From Octopus sinensis (lineage: Eukaryota), in the NCBI RefSeq assembly GCF_006345805.1, contig NC_043024.1, positions 15,996,001-16,060,000 of the forward strand: DNA of 64,000 bases. Direction: 5' to 3'. The notes under the pieces were generated by a model. That model searched no databases, had not been told where the DNA came from, and saw nothing but the letters and a program-made list of their open reading frames with translations. Made by a program: the position numbers and the translations under genes. This document shows positions 26,216-39,615 of the stretch, piece after piece; positions within the stretch are counted from its first letter, which is position 1, and every line of letters starts with the position of its first letter.

Positions 26216-26418
26216 CCGTATTTGACGGCATATAGGATGCACTTTTTTCCAAAAAATTTGGCTAAAAAAATCGCCCTGTGTCTAATATGCGAAGTCAAGA
26301 CCCTCCCATAGGCTAATCTTCTCCCAGACGCTCACTAACCTAGCTTACGATAAGTATTTCTACCTACGCTAACGCCTTAATGATATTTTCCGTACTCATG
26401 CATCATTATTTTATTGCT

Positions 26419-26455
<37 letters not shown>

Positions 26456-26925
26456 GTATTATTACTTTAAAATACGAATTCTCGTAAAAATCAAAGCAAT
26501 CTACCGTAAATTGTTAGGCTGCGATCCATGACACACGTTTACTAATATCAGCTGATCAGAACCCTAAATCGATGCCATCTGACGGTGAGGAGTAAAACTA
26601 CATGATCGTTGCGAATTCGTGTATATACAAAGGTAGGTTGGATATCTTGGTACAACAAAGTTTATGATCATAACAACAGTACAACACTACAACAGTACAA
26701 GCACCCTCACGGTTATGGCAACACCCTCACGGCTGTTGTAATTTACATGCTTTCCTTTTGTATGCTTGCTTTTATACAGCAATGTTTTCTGCTTTTGTAA
26801 TGAGCTGCTAGACTGCTTTCAACAATATATGCTTAAATACACTTAAAACTTTTTTCCTGAATTTGACCTGCTGAAATGAGGGTGCGTCTAATATGCCAGT
26901 GCGTCTAATATGCCGTCAAATATGG
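26216..26925. mobile_element. Non-autonomous Tc1/mariner-superfamily (pogo/Tc2-like) element with TA target-site duplication
   Basis: TIRs ccgtatttgacggcatataggatgcac and gtgcgtctaatatgccgtcaaatatgg, with TA on both sides. The empty site is seen in the duplicate at about 27143-27166. Confidence 0.85.
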
Positions 26926-27464
26926 TAATTCCTTCTGGAAATTATCTTGAGAATGTATAATATATTTGTTGTAATCTTTTGTGCCCAATATTTCAATGAA
27001 CTTGTTAAACTTTTTTATGTTCTCAACATGCTCTTGTCACCAAAGAATGTATATATATATATGGATTGTAGTACTCTGTGTCAACCAATATTCTGTGCGT
27101 GTTTGAATATACAAATACAATACCAATACCAATATCCCACAGAACTTTTTAATAATTCCTTCTGGAAACTATCTTAAACATGTTCTTGAGAATGATTATT
27201 TATGTTGTAATCTTTTGTGCCCAATATTTTAAGGAACTTGTTAAACTTTTTTATGTCCTTAACATGTCCTTGTTACCAAAGACTGTATATATGTAATGTA
27301 GCAATTTGTAACAACCAATAATTAACGCAACCAAAGTTCTACATGTTACTTTTGACAATCTTTTTCCAAAGAGTGAAACCGGTAAAGTAAATAAACATCT
27401 TTTAAAATTGCATTTTCAAACCTTCTTTCGTATATATATATGTGTGTGTTTATGTATATATGTA

Positions 27465-27537
<73 letters not shown>

Positions 27538-27540
27538 CAT

Positions 27541-27890
27541 ATAATTAATGCATTCGAGCTTTGGTGTTGGAAAAGACTTTTACGGATTCCATGGACAGCG
27601 AGGCTCACCAATGGAGAAGTTCTTAAACAGATAAGGCCGAAAATGTCGTTAGAAGCTAGGATCACCAAGTATAGATTGGCATATTTTGGTCATATTATGC
27701 GGAGAAAATCCCCATGCTTGGAATTGTCAGTGGCAAGAGAGGAAGAGGCCGACCAAGAACCCGCTGGCTTGACACCATCAAGAGTGATACCGGAATGGAC
27801 ATAGCCAATCTGAAAGAAGCGACCCATGATAGAACTGACTGGAAGACACTGATCCAATGAGTGACCTCGAGTCGACTTCGACTGAGCGGA
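27541..27890 (+). mobile_element. RTE (BovB-like) LINE 3' fragment
   Basis: INAFELWCWKRLLRIPWTARLTN…LAYFGHIMRR. Confidence 0.85.
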
Positions 27891-27897
27891 TATATAC

Positions 27898-27939
<42 letters not shown>

Positions 27940-28086
27940 GATATGTAAAAAAATACAAACTGTGACAAGAACGCATAACACTTAGAAGACGATACAACAA
28001 ACACAGACAGGACATTCGAAGCCCTCAGTCTTCAGTCAAGAACCGGATCATCGTAGTAATTTTGGCTGATTATATATATATATAAA

Positions 28087-28975
28087 GAGTGTAGACAGAA
28101 TAATGGAAATACCTTAAAATTTCAAACAAATTTATTTTAATATGGGGTACGACTGCGTTTGGCAGTAATTACAGCTTGAATTCTATGACTCATACAAAAT
28201 TTGAATTGTTTCCAAATGAATTTTCGTCCATTCTTCAGCTAAAACAGTCTCCAGTTCTTGTAATGATGATGGTGGAGGATATCGACTCATTTGTTTTTCT
28301 AAAATGCACCATAAATGTTCAATAATACTGAAATCCGGGGTCTGTTCAACTTCACTAGAATGTTCCTCGTGCCTTTCAGAAACAACTTTCGGTGTATGAA
28401 TTGGTGCATTATCATCCTGAAAGATTGTGTTTCCCTCTGGAAACAGTTCTGCGACCATAAGATGAAACTAATCAGATAAAATGCTTAAATCGTCTTGACT
28501 ATTAATTCTGGCATGAAAGGAGACCATTGGACCGGTGGATTTCCAAGATATAGCCTCCACCTCCAGGTCATCACAGATCCTCCTCCATGTTTAATAGTTA
28601 GAAGAAGGCAGTCTGGGTCAAATGCTTCTTTTGGCTATCTCCACACATATACTTGGCCGGTGGTCAGAAATAAGGTATAGGATGACTCCTCTGCGAAAAT
28701 AACATTCTTCCACTGATCCAGGGGCCAATTCTGTAGGTTTTTAACTCCACTCTAAATGCTCTGTAACGTTTGTTTTTGAAAGTAGTGGTTAACTGATTGC
28801 AGCCCTCCTGTGAAATCCGGCTTGTGCAGCTCGCAGCAAAGAGTTTTTGTGGAAACTGGGTTCTCGAGGTGGTCATTAAGCTCTCCAGTAATTTTGGGAG
28901 CTGTACTTTTGTGATCCTTTCTAACAATTTGCATAAGAGTCCAACGGTCCCTGTCTGAAAGTTTTGGTTTTCTTC
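28087..28975 (-). mobile_element. Decayed Tc1-family transposase pseudogene
   Basis: IFQDDNAPIH…PDFSIIEHLW catalytic region and RKPKLSDRD…VSTKTL HTH region, split by frameshifts. Confidence 0.88.
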
Positions 28976-29924
28976 TGGAATTTTGTTTCAACGTGGAGGT
29001 TTTTCCCTCTTTCTCAAGGGGCTGTCATTACTTTTCAGACAGTACTTCTTGATACACCAAACATATATATATATAAGAGGCAGAAACAGAGAGAGAAAAG
29101 GAGTGTATTTCCATGCAGGAAAGAATTGTGAATGTGTGTGTATGTATGCAAGTATGTGAGTGTGTGTGTGAGTAAGTATGAGTGTATGTGAGTGTGTGTG
29201 AGACCGAGTGTCTGTGTGTATGTGAGTGAGTGAGTGTGTGTGTGAGTTTGTGTGTATGTGAGTGAGTGTGTATATGTGTGAGTGAGTATGTGTGTGAGTG
29301 TGTGTGTGAGTATGTGTGTATGTGAGTGTGTGTGTGAATGTGTGCATGTGTGTGTATGCATGTGTTTGTGTGTGCATGTGTGCAGGTGTGTGTGTGTGTG
29401 CAGGTGTGCAGGTGTGTGTGTGTGTGCGTGTGTGCAGGTGTGTGTGTGTGCACGTGTGTGAGTGTTTTAATCACATGCACAAAAACCTGGACTTGGGTCC
29501 TTGCAGGATGATAGGCAGAAAATAAACTTTTGGAATTTGAATGAGAGACAACAATTCTGTCTATCTGTCTTTATACACACACACACACATACAAACACAC
29601 ACACACACACACACAAACACATACACAGAAACACATACACACAAACACATGCACACACAAACACACACACACATATTGATTTATTAGTACTCTCCCTTCT
29701 CCATCCATCCACAAGTTCATTCAGGTTGAATAACTGGTGACGCTAAAGTGGAGAAAATGTATTTTTTTAAAATTTTTAAATAGGTTTCTTTTTAATAAAC
29801 TGGAAGAGACCCTCTTCATGCAAGGTTACTTGAGAAGGTGGGTCACTCGGTATAGAGGCTCACTATCTGTGGCAAGGGTACCTCGATACTGAGAGGTCCC
29901 AATATTGAATGGACCCAATATTGA

Positions 29925-30160
29925 AAGGCGGCGAGCTGGCAGAATCGTTAGCACACCAGGCAAAATGCTTAGCGGTATTTCGTCTGTTGCTACGTTGTGA
30001 GTTCAAATTCCGCTGAGGTCGACTTTGCCTTTCATCCTTTTGGTGTTGATAAATTAAGTACCAGTTACACATTGGGGTCGATATAATCGACTTAATCCAT
30101 CTGTCTGTCCTTGTTTGTCTCCTCTGTGTTTAGCCCCTTGTGGGTAGTAAAGAAATAGGT
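29925..30160 (+). mobile_element. tRNA-derived SINE; related copies at about 31730-31890 (-) and 42320-42520 (+)
   Basis: Head ggcggcgagctggcagaatcgttag…gagttcaaattcc with A/B-box-like motifs. Confidence 0.75.
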
Positions 30161-30694
30161 ATTTCGTCTGTGTTTATGTTCTGAGTTCAAATTCTGCCGA
30201 GGTCGAATTTGCCTTTCATACTTTTGGTGTCAATAAATTAAGTAGCATTTGTGATCTAATCGACTGGCTCCATCCCCAAGATTTTCGGGCTTTGTGCCTA
30301 GAGTAGAAAAGAATAGTGAAAGGGCCCGATACTGGGTGCCCTTGATATTCGCAGGCCAAGACTATTGTCCTTTTGCCCCCTATAAATCCAGCTGTGTATG
30401 AATGCATATGTATGTGTGTGTATTTCTTTGTTGGTTTGCTTATGTCCACTGCCTTAGCGGTTTGGCAAAAGAACAATAGAATAGATACCAATCTTAGAGC
30501 AATTAAATACATGGGTCAAATTGTTCGACTACACCTGCCAAGGTGATGCCCCAGCATGGCCACAGTTCAATGACTGAAACAAGTGAAATCATAAAAGAAA
30601 ACTGCCTTCCACTTGATATAAGCAATTTTTTTTAAATTTTAGAATTTACAAAATCAAGTAAGTGTTTTGGGGTTTATTTGAAATAATTTCTTAC

Positions 30695-30765
30695 CTTTCC
30701 ATTCATGATTTCATTTAAAGTCATCAGGGAGTAAATTTCATGGGTTACCTCACAACTGGTAAATT
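30695..30765 (-). CDS. GCLC: GCLC-like copy B exon, (E)FTSCEVTHEIYSLMTLNEIMNGK
   Basis: AG/GTAAG boundaries; 71 nt. 17 differences from copy A exon 2610-2680. Confidence 0.92.
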
Positions 30766-30819
30766 CTAGTTGACAGAAAAAAAAAAGAAATAATGATGAT
30801 GATGATGGTGGTGGTGGTG

Positions 30820-31641
30820 GAGACAAGAAAAGTCCCTTCATGGCAAATACTGGGTTAAACTAAACAGAAAATAAATAGAAAAAGCAGACTGAAGGATTTT
30901 TAATTGCAGCACAAGACCAAAGCCACCCCACCAGAAATTACCAAAAACATATAATGAAGAGAAACATAACAAGTAACTGCAGAATATGTGGAAATGGACA
31001 AGAAGCAATAAATCATATTATCTCTAGCTGCCCAGTCCTGGCTAAGAAGGAATATATTCACAGACATGACAGAGTAGGAACCTACATACACTGGAAGCTA
31101 TGCTAACACTATGGAATAACAACAGAAAAAAGATGGTATAGGCACACACCAGAAAAGGTCACAGAAAACGAGAAAGCAACCATACTCTGGGATATGCCGA
31201 TACACACAGATAGAGAAATTAAGGCCAACAGACCAGATATAGTTGTCAGAGATCATGAAGAAAAAAAAAACTTTCTAGTTGATGTATCAATACCGGCAGA
31301 TGACAACGTGTCTCTAAAAGAAATGGAGAAACTCTCAAAATACAAAGACCTGGAAATAGAGGTAACTTAAATGTGGAGTCTAAAAACAGAAACAATTCCT
31401 ATCATAGTAGGTGCATTAGGTATGATAAAAAATTTTCAGACAAATACATAACAAAAACACCAGGACTTACAAATATACATAACATACAGAAAATAGCAAT
31501 ACTAGGTACCGCACACATCCTACGTAAAACACTTTTCAATATGGTAACTACAACAGTATCACAACAAACTACAGCAGAAACCCAAAACACATACAGCTGT
31601 GCTCGGCAGTGCAGTGAAAGCACGTGATGAAAGTAAGACTA

Positions 31642-31655
<14 letters not shown>
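30820..31655 (+). mobile_element. 5'-truncated R4/Dong-type non-LTR element (restriction-like endonuclease) with (TAA)n tail
   Basis: IAAQDQ…CRICG…INHIISSC…RHD…ILWDMPIHTD…ANRPDIVV…DVSIP…EKLSKYKDL, with stops. Ends in (TAA)n. Confidence 0.88.
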
Positions 31656-31676
<21 letters not shown>

Positions 31677-31919
31677 TGATGATGATTTCAAATTTTGCCA
31701 CAAAGACAGCAGTTTCTAGGGATGGGATAAGTCGATCACATTGACCCCAGTCTTCAACTGGTATTTAATTTATTGACCCCGAAAGATTGAAAGGCAAAGT
31801 CGACCTTGACAGAATTTGAACTTGGAACGATGTGACGGACGAAATATCACTAAGCATTTCGTCCAGCATACTGACAATTCCGCCAGCTCAAACAATACTA
31901 ATAATAATAATAATGATAA

Positions 31920-32500
31920 TAATACTAAATGCCCAGGATGCCCTGATGCAGTACCACATAGTGGCTCTCATGACTTCTGATCTTAACTGAAGTGTTATCA
32001 TGTACATCGTTATGTCTTGGTATAAAAGATGGGCTACAGCAAATATTCTGCTCAATACCACAGATTTGCTTGTCAGTTGTTTGACCTTAACCAGTTGAGC
32101 ATGTCCCTTAGTGGCTGACGATATGTGCATCTCTGATCATGAGCAGAAGTAGTGGGGGAACATCGTAGCCATGTGTTGAAAGGAATTCTTTGGGGTTTGA
32201 ATAATTCACCTTTGGAAATATGGGTGGTTCGTTCAACATCCTTAAGCAACCCTTATTCAGGGACCTTTTGAACGGGATGGGTTACTCGACCAGAAGAAAA
32301 TTCTAACTGGGCCCCGCCTGCAAGATCATGTGCTGTTTATCTTGATATGATATCACCATGTCACACACATATGGTTGTGATGCATGTGCCTAGTGTACCC
32401 TTATCAGACGGGTAGTCATGATGGGTATACTGGGCTTCGTATATTTTACCCCAGTGTCACTTTGATGGCATGCACTGCTCTCTCACTCAATAATAATAAT
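31920..32500 (+). mobile_element. Non-coding interspersed repeat bounded by (TAA)n on both sides
   Basis: Flanked by aataataat runs with no ORF. LINE-3'-UTR-like origin is inference. Confidence 0.45.
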
Positions 32501-32692
32501 AATGTGAGTGCAGTTATAGATTTAGCATCGGGTAAATGTGGAGTCAGCCAATACCAGCAAATGAATATGAGTTGATAACCATACTTGTACCATACTTTCG
32601 CTAACTATTTTTGGTGCCCATATGGTCATGATCAGATATCATCCACTCAACTCACCCACTATTTGACCGAGCAGGATATCAAGGATACAACT

Positions 32693-32727
<35 letters not shown>

Positions 32728-33625
32728 TGTCAGCATTTGGTTGGTACTCACCAACGGCTGAGCAGACTTGAGCAATGTAAAATGAAGTGTCGTGCTCAAA
32801 GACATAACGTGCTGCCCACTCCAGTATTTGAACTCACGATATTACGATTCGATAGCCGAAAACATTAACCACTCGACCACGCACCTTCACTATGCAAATT
32901 TACATGTTTGTATATTGTGAGAGACAAATAGTCATGATTCCCACTGTTTCTGTGACCCCATCACCCTTCCCCCTTACAATTAATGTACATGACACCCCTT
33001 GTTTTACTCCAATAGAAAAAATATAAGCTCTGGTGGATGCCCTTAAATGCTGTGTGCGACACCATAGAGTGTTGTGACACTCCGGTTGGAAACCCCTGAC
33101 ATAGCAGCTCTTAGCTTTTACTCAGATGTGTTTGTTGATTTGATTACGAATAGGAAAATGTATTAATTAACTTATTATCATCGAACCTTAATTAATATTC
33201 GCAGCCATGAGTCATTACATAACTGCTTGATAAGCTGGCAATGGTGGCCAAAATCTCTCTGGTTATCAAACTCCAATCTGAAACAAGGTAGGACACATTG
33301 AAAAACAAAGCAGAATTATTCTCTAAAGTCATGAGAGAGTCTCTAAATGACAGCCTGATCCACTAAAAATAGCAGCCAAGTGTCCCTGAAATTAATCCCT
33401 ATCTGAAACAAGGCAGGACACATGGAATAAGGAATAAAGTAATGGTATATAGCCTTAAACAGACAGTATGGTCATGCCTGGAATGCATTTGATCACAGAT
33501 CTGCTCAGTTGGGCCTGACCTATGGTTAAGCAACAAAATACTTTTTCTTAGCAATCATGATATGTAATCAAAGTTAAAATTAATCTCTCATCATTTTTAA
33601 AATTTCCCAAAAGTTTAGTTCTTAC

Positions 33626-33703
33626 CATTTTGAACTTCTCTGAAGTGAAACTTTTCTGTATTAGTGGAATCCCGCTTTTGTGCTGATGTGAAGTTTTCAT
33701 CAC
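33626..33703 (-). CDS. GCLC: GCLC-like copy B exon, DENFTSAQKRDSTNTEKFHFREVQN; 78 nt, apparent 1-nt frameshift
   Basis: AG/GTAAG boundaries and paralogy to 2165-2246. Length is 3n where the flanking phases require 3n+1. Confidence 0.8.
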
Positions 33704-33739
33704 CTTGAAGAGAATGAAATTGAGTAGAAAATGAATGTT

Positions 33740-33754
33740 TGTGTGTGTGTGATA

Positions 33755-33790
<36 letters not shown>

Positions 33791-33888
33791 ATAATATAAT
33801 ATATATATATATAATATATATACATATATATACATATATATATATACATATATATATATTATACATATAACATATATATATATTATAC

Positions 33889-33921
<33 letters not shown>

Positions 33922-34048
33922 CATATATATACTATATATATATATCATATTATATATATATATATTATATATAATATATATATATATATAATATATACAT
34001 CTATATATATATATATACATATTATATATATATATATATACCTATATA

Positions 34049-34087
<39 letters not shown>

Positions 34088-34213
34088 TATACATATATAT
34101 ATATATATATACATATTATATATATATATATATACATATATATTATATATATATATATATTATATATATATATATACATATATATACCTATCTATATATA
34201 TATATATATATTA

Positions 34214-34254
<41 letters not shown>

Positions 34255-34285
34255 CATATATATATATATATCTAATTAGATATAT

Positions 34286-34350
<65 letters not shown>
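33740..34350. repeat. (TA)n-rich microsatellite
   Basis: Seen directly. Confidence 0.95.
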
Positions 34351-34353
<3 letters not shown>

Positions 34354-35350
34354 ACACATACATACACACATACTCACATACATTCATCGGACACACTGCC
34401 ACCCAGACATACACACAGACACACTCACACATCCACACACATACATACTTACGCGCATACTCGCAGGCATGCGCACATACGCACTTGCGCCGGCTCGCGC
34501 TGCATACGCGCCGCATACACCTCGCTCTTGGACCTGACGAGACCTCCCGCCCGTTCCTGGACCGTCGCGTGTCGTTGGGTTTTCCCACGCCTGTCTCCGC
34601 GGTACCACTCTTCCATCTCCCCCTCAGCTGGAGTCCTTTTTCCTTAACCCCCCCCTTTTCGTTACACACAACACGCGCACACATATACAACACATTGCCT
34701 ATATTATACATCACTCTTAACACCATTCAATCTACTCGCCTATTAATACCACCACGACACTGACACACACACACACTACTACTCAACACACCTGGCACGC
34801 TACATACGCCCCCCACCCCTTCCCCTGCCTCCCTTCCTCCTTCCTTCTTTTTCTTACTACTACTGACCTCCCTTCCTCCTTCCTTCTTTTTCTTACTACT
34901 GACCTTGTCTGCTAGCTGACCACTAGTCTCGCCCTACCTCACACGCCTACACCAGACGCACACACTACACACACATATTTTTTTTGTTTTTTCATCTCGC
35001 CTCACACACAACACATACCACACGCACACCACGCACACATTCTTCACACATACACACACATCTGTTGGGTTACCAACCTTGTCTCCACTCTTTTGCCTTT
35101 AAAAACCCACTTTGCTCTTGTTATCGTCAACATCCGCCTTTCACCATGTGCAACTCGTAAACACCAGTCGTCTTTTTTCTCTTTCCCTGTTGCCCGCTCT
35201 GGGATCTTTCTTTCCTCTCTCTCCTTCTTTATGTTTCCGACGAAGAGCTCCGCTCGAACGTCATACCTCCCTGCTTCCATCTCCTGAGCGCCTTATTAAT
35301 AATAATACTGTAATTGTTCCTGTTGTTGTTGTTTTTTTTGTTTCCCTTTT
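34350..35350 (+). mobile_element. Non-coding ~1 kb element, copy 2, with hammerhead-like motif at 35233-35266 (GAAA reduced to GAA)
   Basis: Direct near-identical repeat of 13560-14520. Confidence 0.8.
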
Positions 35351-35354
35351 GGAT

Positions 35355-35360
35355 TATAAT

Positions 35361-35391
<31 letters not shown>

Positions 35392-35396
35392 TATAC

Positions 35397-35452
<56 letters not shown>

Positions 35453-35474
35453 TATATATATATATATATATAAT

Positions 35475-35516
<42 letters not shown>

Positions 35517-35575
35517 CATTACATAATATATATATATATACATATTATATATATACATATATATATATATATATA

Positions 35576-35624
<49 letters not shown>

Positions 35625-35759
35625 CATATATATTATATATACATATATATATACATATATACATATATATATATATACATATATACATATATATATATAC
35701 ATATATATATATATACATATATAATATATATATATATATATATATTACATATATATATA

Positions 35760-35790
<31 letters not shown>

Positions 35791-35833
35791 CATATATATA
35801 CATATATATATATCTATTATATATAATATATAT

Positions 35834-35877
<44 letters not shown>

Positions 35878-35879
35878 CA

Positions 35880-35914
<35 letters not shown>

Positions 35915-35930
35915 TATAATACATACATAT

Positions 35931-35964
<34 letters not shown>

Positions 35965-36109
35965 CATACTATATATATATATATATTATACATATATATA
36001 TATATATATACATACATATATATATATATATATATACATACATATATATATATATATATACATATATATATTATATATATATATACATACATATATATAT
36101 ATATATATA

Positions 36110-36152
<43 letters not shown>
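35355..36152. repeat. (TA)n-rich microsatellite
   Basis: Seen directly. Confidence 0.95.
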
Positions 36153-36156
<4 letters not shown>

Positions 36157-36161
36157 GTGAA

Positions 36162-36500
36162 GGCGCATGGCTCAGTGGTTAGAGCGTCGAGCTTACGATC
36201 GTGAGGTTGTGAGCTCGAATCCCGGACCGGGCTGCGTGTTGTGTTCTTGAGCAAGCACTTTATTTTTCACATTGCTCCAGTTCACTCAGCTATAGAAATG
36301 AGTTGCGACGTCACAGGTGCCAAGCTGTATCGACCTTTGTCTTTCCCTTGGATAACACTGGTGGCGTGGATAGGGGAGGCCGGTATGCATGGGCGACTAC
36401 TGGTCTTCCATAAAACAACCTTGCCCAGACTTGTGCCTCAGAGGGTAACTCTCTAGGTGCAAACCCATGGTCACTCATGACCGAAGGGGGTCTTTGCTTT
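36162..36500 (+). mobile_element. tRNA-derived SINE; related copies at about 5130-5440 (-), 23990-24330 (+) and 49690-50010 (-)
   Basis: A box TGGCTCAGTGG and B-box-like GAGCTCGAATCC, followed by a shared body and tail. Confidence 0.8.
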
Positions 36501-36879
36501 TATATATTGTGTCACTCTGTCAGTCACGATGACGAGGATTCCAGTTGATCCAATCAATGGAACAGCCTGCTTGTGAAATTAACATGCAAGTGGTTGAGCA
36601 CTCCACAGACACGTGTACCGACAAGGCTGGCCCTTCGAAATACGGGTACAACAGAAACAGGAAGAATGAGAGAAAGTTGTGGTGAAAGAGTACAGCAGGG
36701 TTTGCCACCACCCCCAGCCAAAGTCTCGTGGAGCTTCAGGTGTTTACTCACAACACCTTGTCTGGGAATCAAAACCGCGATCCTATGACCACGAGTCCAC
36801 TGCCCTAACCACTATATATATATATATACGTAAATGTCAAACAAAGAGAATGAACGTTCCACACCACATTGGTGGATAA

Positions 36880-37131
36880 AATTTCTTTATTTGTGAATTA
36901 AGGTTACAATTGGTTTCATGTTAAGAAAATATCTTAATATTTTAACAATTTTTCAAGCCGATCACATGGGACTTGCAGAGAAGCTTGGATTTGGTTGCTC
37001 AACCATTTATCGACACCTGCATGCCATCAGAAAAGTCAGCAAGTTGGGTCAATGGGTTCCTCACAAACTATCTGAGTCTAATGAATGTATGTATCTATTT
37101 ATGTTTATATGTATGTATGTATGTATGTATG

Positions 37132-37165
<34 letters not shown>

Positions 37166-37330
37166 TGTATGTATGTATGTGTGTGTATGTGTGTGTGTAT
37201 GTATGTATGTATGTATGTATTTTGTAAATCGCCTAAATACTTCATTATTAACTTTATGTTTGGAACAGAACTTAACAAAATGTTCTCTCACAAAATTGGG
37301 ATAAAATGTTTAAATCGAAATATGCTGTAA
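36880..37330 (+). mobile_element. Mariner transposase fragment interrupted by (TATG)n
   Basis: TIYRHLHAIRKVSKLGQWVPHKLSE (WVPHEL-like motif). Confidence 0.7.
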
Positions 37331-38203
37331 ATATGTCTTAAATAAACAGTGTTTTATACCATAGAACCAAGAATGGTCACAGATAAATTAGTATTAAAAA
37401 TGATAAATCAAGGATGTCCTATATGATGGTAGGGAATTCACTTTCTTAGTCTTTGGGTGTCTGTGTTTGTCCCCCTAGCATTGCTTGAGAACCGATGCTG
37501 GTGTGTTTATGTCCCCGTCACTTAGCAGTTCGACAAAAGAGACCGATAGAATAAGTACTGGGCTTACAAAGAATAAGTCCCGGGGTCGATTTGATTGACT
37601 AAAGGCGGTGCTGCAGCATGGACATAATGGTGGAGCTTTCACTGTACCTTCACCTGAAAGAGTGCATGTATTGTGTGAATCATTTTCTGTAAGCTTATAT
37701 AGATTTTTATGATTCTAAACCTATATAGATTCTCACGATTCTTGGTCATCTCATAAAAATAAACTGAAAAAATGAATGCTGGTGTTGATATACTTTAATG
37801 AAGCACTTGAAGTCAGTATTACCATTTGGTTACAGCCGAATGATGAAACTAGTGTAAGAATGAATAAAAATTACATCCAGCAGGATTTCAAACCAATAGG
37901 ATCAAATTGTAAATAGAAATATTTTAAATTGTTTCTTTATTAAAGATGATATCTGAAGCTTGAGAAAACACAGATATGAAACCAGTATACTCTTTTACTC
38001 TTTTACTTGTTTCAGTCATTTGACTGCGGCCATGCTGAAGCACCGCCTTTAGTCAATCAAATCAACCCTGGGACTTATTCTTTGTAAGCTCAGTACTTAT
38101 TCTATCGGTCTCTTTTGCCGAACCGCTAAGTGACAGGGACATAAAAACACCAGCATCGGTTGTCAAGCAATGCTAGGGGGACAAACACAGACACACAAAC
38201 CCT

Positions 38204-38235
<32 letters not shown>

Positions 38236-38629
38236 CATATATACGACAGGCTTCTTTCGGTTTCCATCTACCAAATCCACTCACAAGGCATTGGTCAGCC
38301 CGGGGCTATAGCAGAAGACACTTGCCCAAGATGCCACACAGTGGGACTGAACCCGGAACCATGTGGTTGGTTAGCAAGCTACTTACCACACAGCCACTCC
38401 TGCGCCTATGCTCACATTGATTTGGTTTCTTTATCAATGCTTCTTTAGCAGGTGTAAATTTTTACAGGGTGAAGCTGCTAATCCCATGCCAAAACGCCCA
38501 ATCTGGGAACTAGTCTTCAGTCTAGCTTCTATATTTTGACTGGCCTGGCATAAGTGAATCTATCAGGAAAACTAAGATCCCTAACAATATAGGTTTTAAG
38601 GTCATAGAGGCAGGCCAGCTGTCACATTA

Positions 38630-39060
38630 TCATCATCATTGTTCGACCGTGGTCGAGACAATGGAATTTACTATGTTACGCCAGACTTCACGGTCCATCA
38701 TAGCATTACGGAGGTCCTGTTGCTGGATGCCTGTATCCCTAGAGATTACATCAGGGTAGGAGAGTGTGCGCCCTCTGGTATTGCGAGTAGATGGCTTCCA
38801 GAGGAGAAGAGTAGAAATTACCTCTTTTCAGCTCTACAACAATGTCCAGCAAACTGGACCCTTCTACCTTTCACAAGAGATGACACAGGTGGTAGTTTCC
38901 CATATATTTGCATTTTGGTTGGATGGTGCTTCCACGAGAGATTTTGAACTCTCATAAGGAGGCAAGTGTAGATTCTATCCAACCACCTCTCAAGCTTCTT
39001 TGATAACGTCCAAGTTTCTGAGCCAGTTGTCACACCGTGATATATCAGCCCTATTTCATG
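38630..39060 (-). mobile_element. RTE-like LINE 3' fragment
   Basis: GSETWTLSKKLERWLD…VQFAGHCCRAE, followed by a (TGA)n-like tail. Confidence 0.8.
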
Positions 39061-39430
39061 GGACAGAGACATAGTTATACATAAGACACACTAAAGGAGG
39101 TTCAGATATTCACCAAGAAATAACTCTCGATTAAAAGGTTGAAGAAAATCAGAGAGACAACTTTCTAGGAGGAAACTCCACAGATCCCCATTGGCATGGA
39201 GATCAAACGAAGAGAATAGCACTGGGTTGGATACACCATCACAAGACACCATCCTGGGATCACAAACTAGTCCCTCAGATGGAACCTCCAGAGGAAAAAG
39301 AGAGAAAGGGCAGGGCACTCCTTGCAATGTCATCTAGAGAAAGAAGTAAGATCTAGATGGAGTTGAGCCAATTGGATAGAAGGCCCAGGACAAGAATAAG
39401 GGAAGGGAAGCCGCCCTAGGAGGGGTTAAA
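39060..39430 (+). mobile_element. Second decayed RTE-like 3' fragment
   Basis: IKRRE*HWVGYTIT…LRWNLQRKKRERAG resembles the RTE C-terminal motif. Confidence 0.6.
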
Positions 39431-39510
39431 AGCCTGGGCAAGTGACGGCCCACATAGCTGCAGTTGCATCAATTTGTTTAATGCTTATTGTACAGAAAAT
39501 CAATATTTAC

Positions 39511-39615
39511 CTTTGTTATTGGGATCAAAAGGTTCAATTTGAAGGTAACAATGGCTCGGGTAAGAAGGACCATAAATACAACAAGGGCAGCATTTTCAAA
39601 GTCGGTCAATTGAAG
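39511..39615 (-). CDS. GCLC: GCLC-like copy B exon, LQLTDFENAALVVFMVLLTRAIVTFKLNLLIPITK
   Basis: AG/GT boundaries; 105 nt. Matches GCLC [35 protein letters not shown]. Confidence 0.95.

Noticed and set aside
36162-36235. tRNA-like sequences with A/B boxes (also about 46490, 48976, 29925)
   Set aside because: They run into shared SINE bodies and lack a complete cloverleaf, so they are SINE heads.
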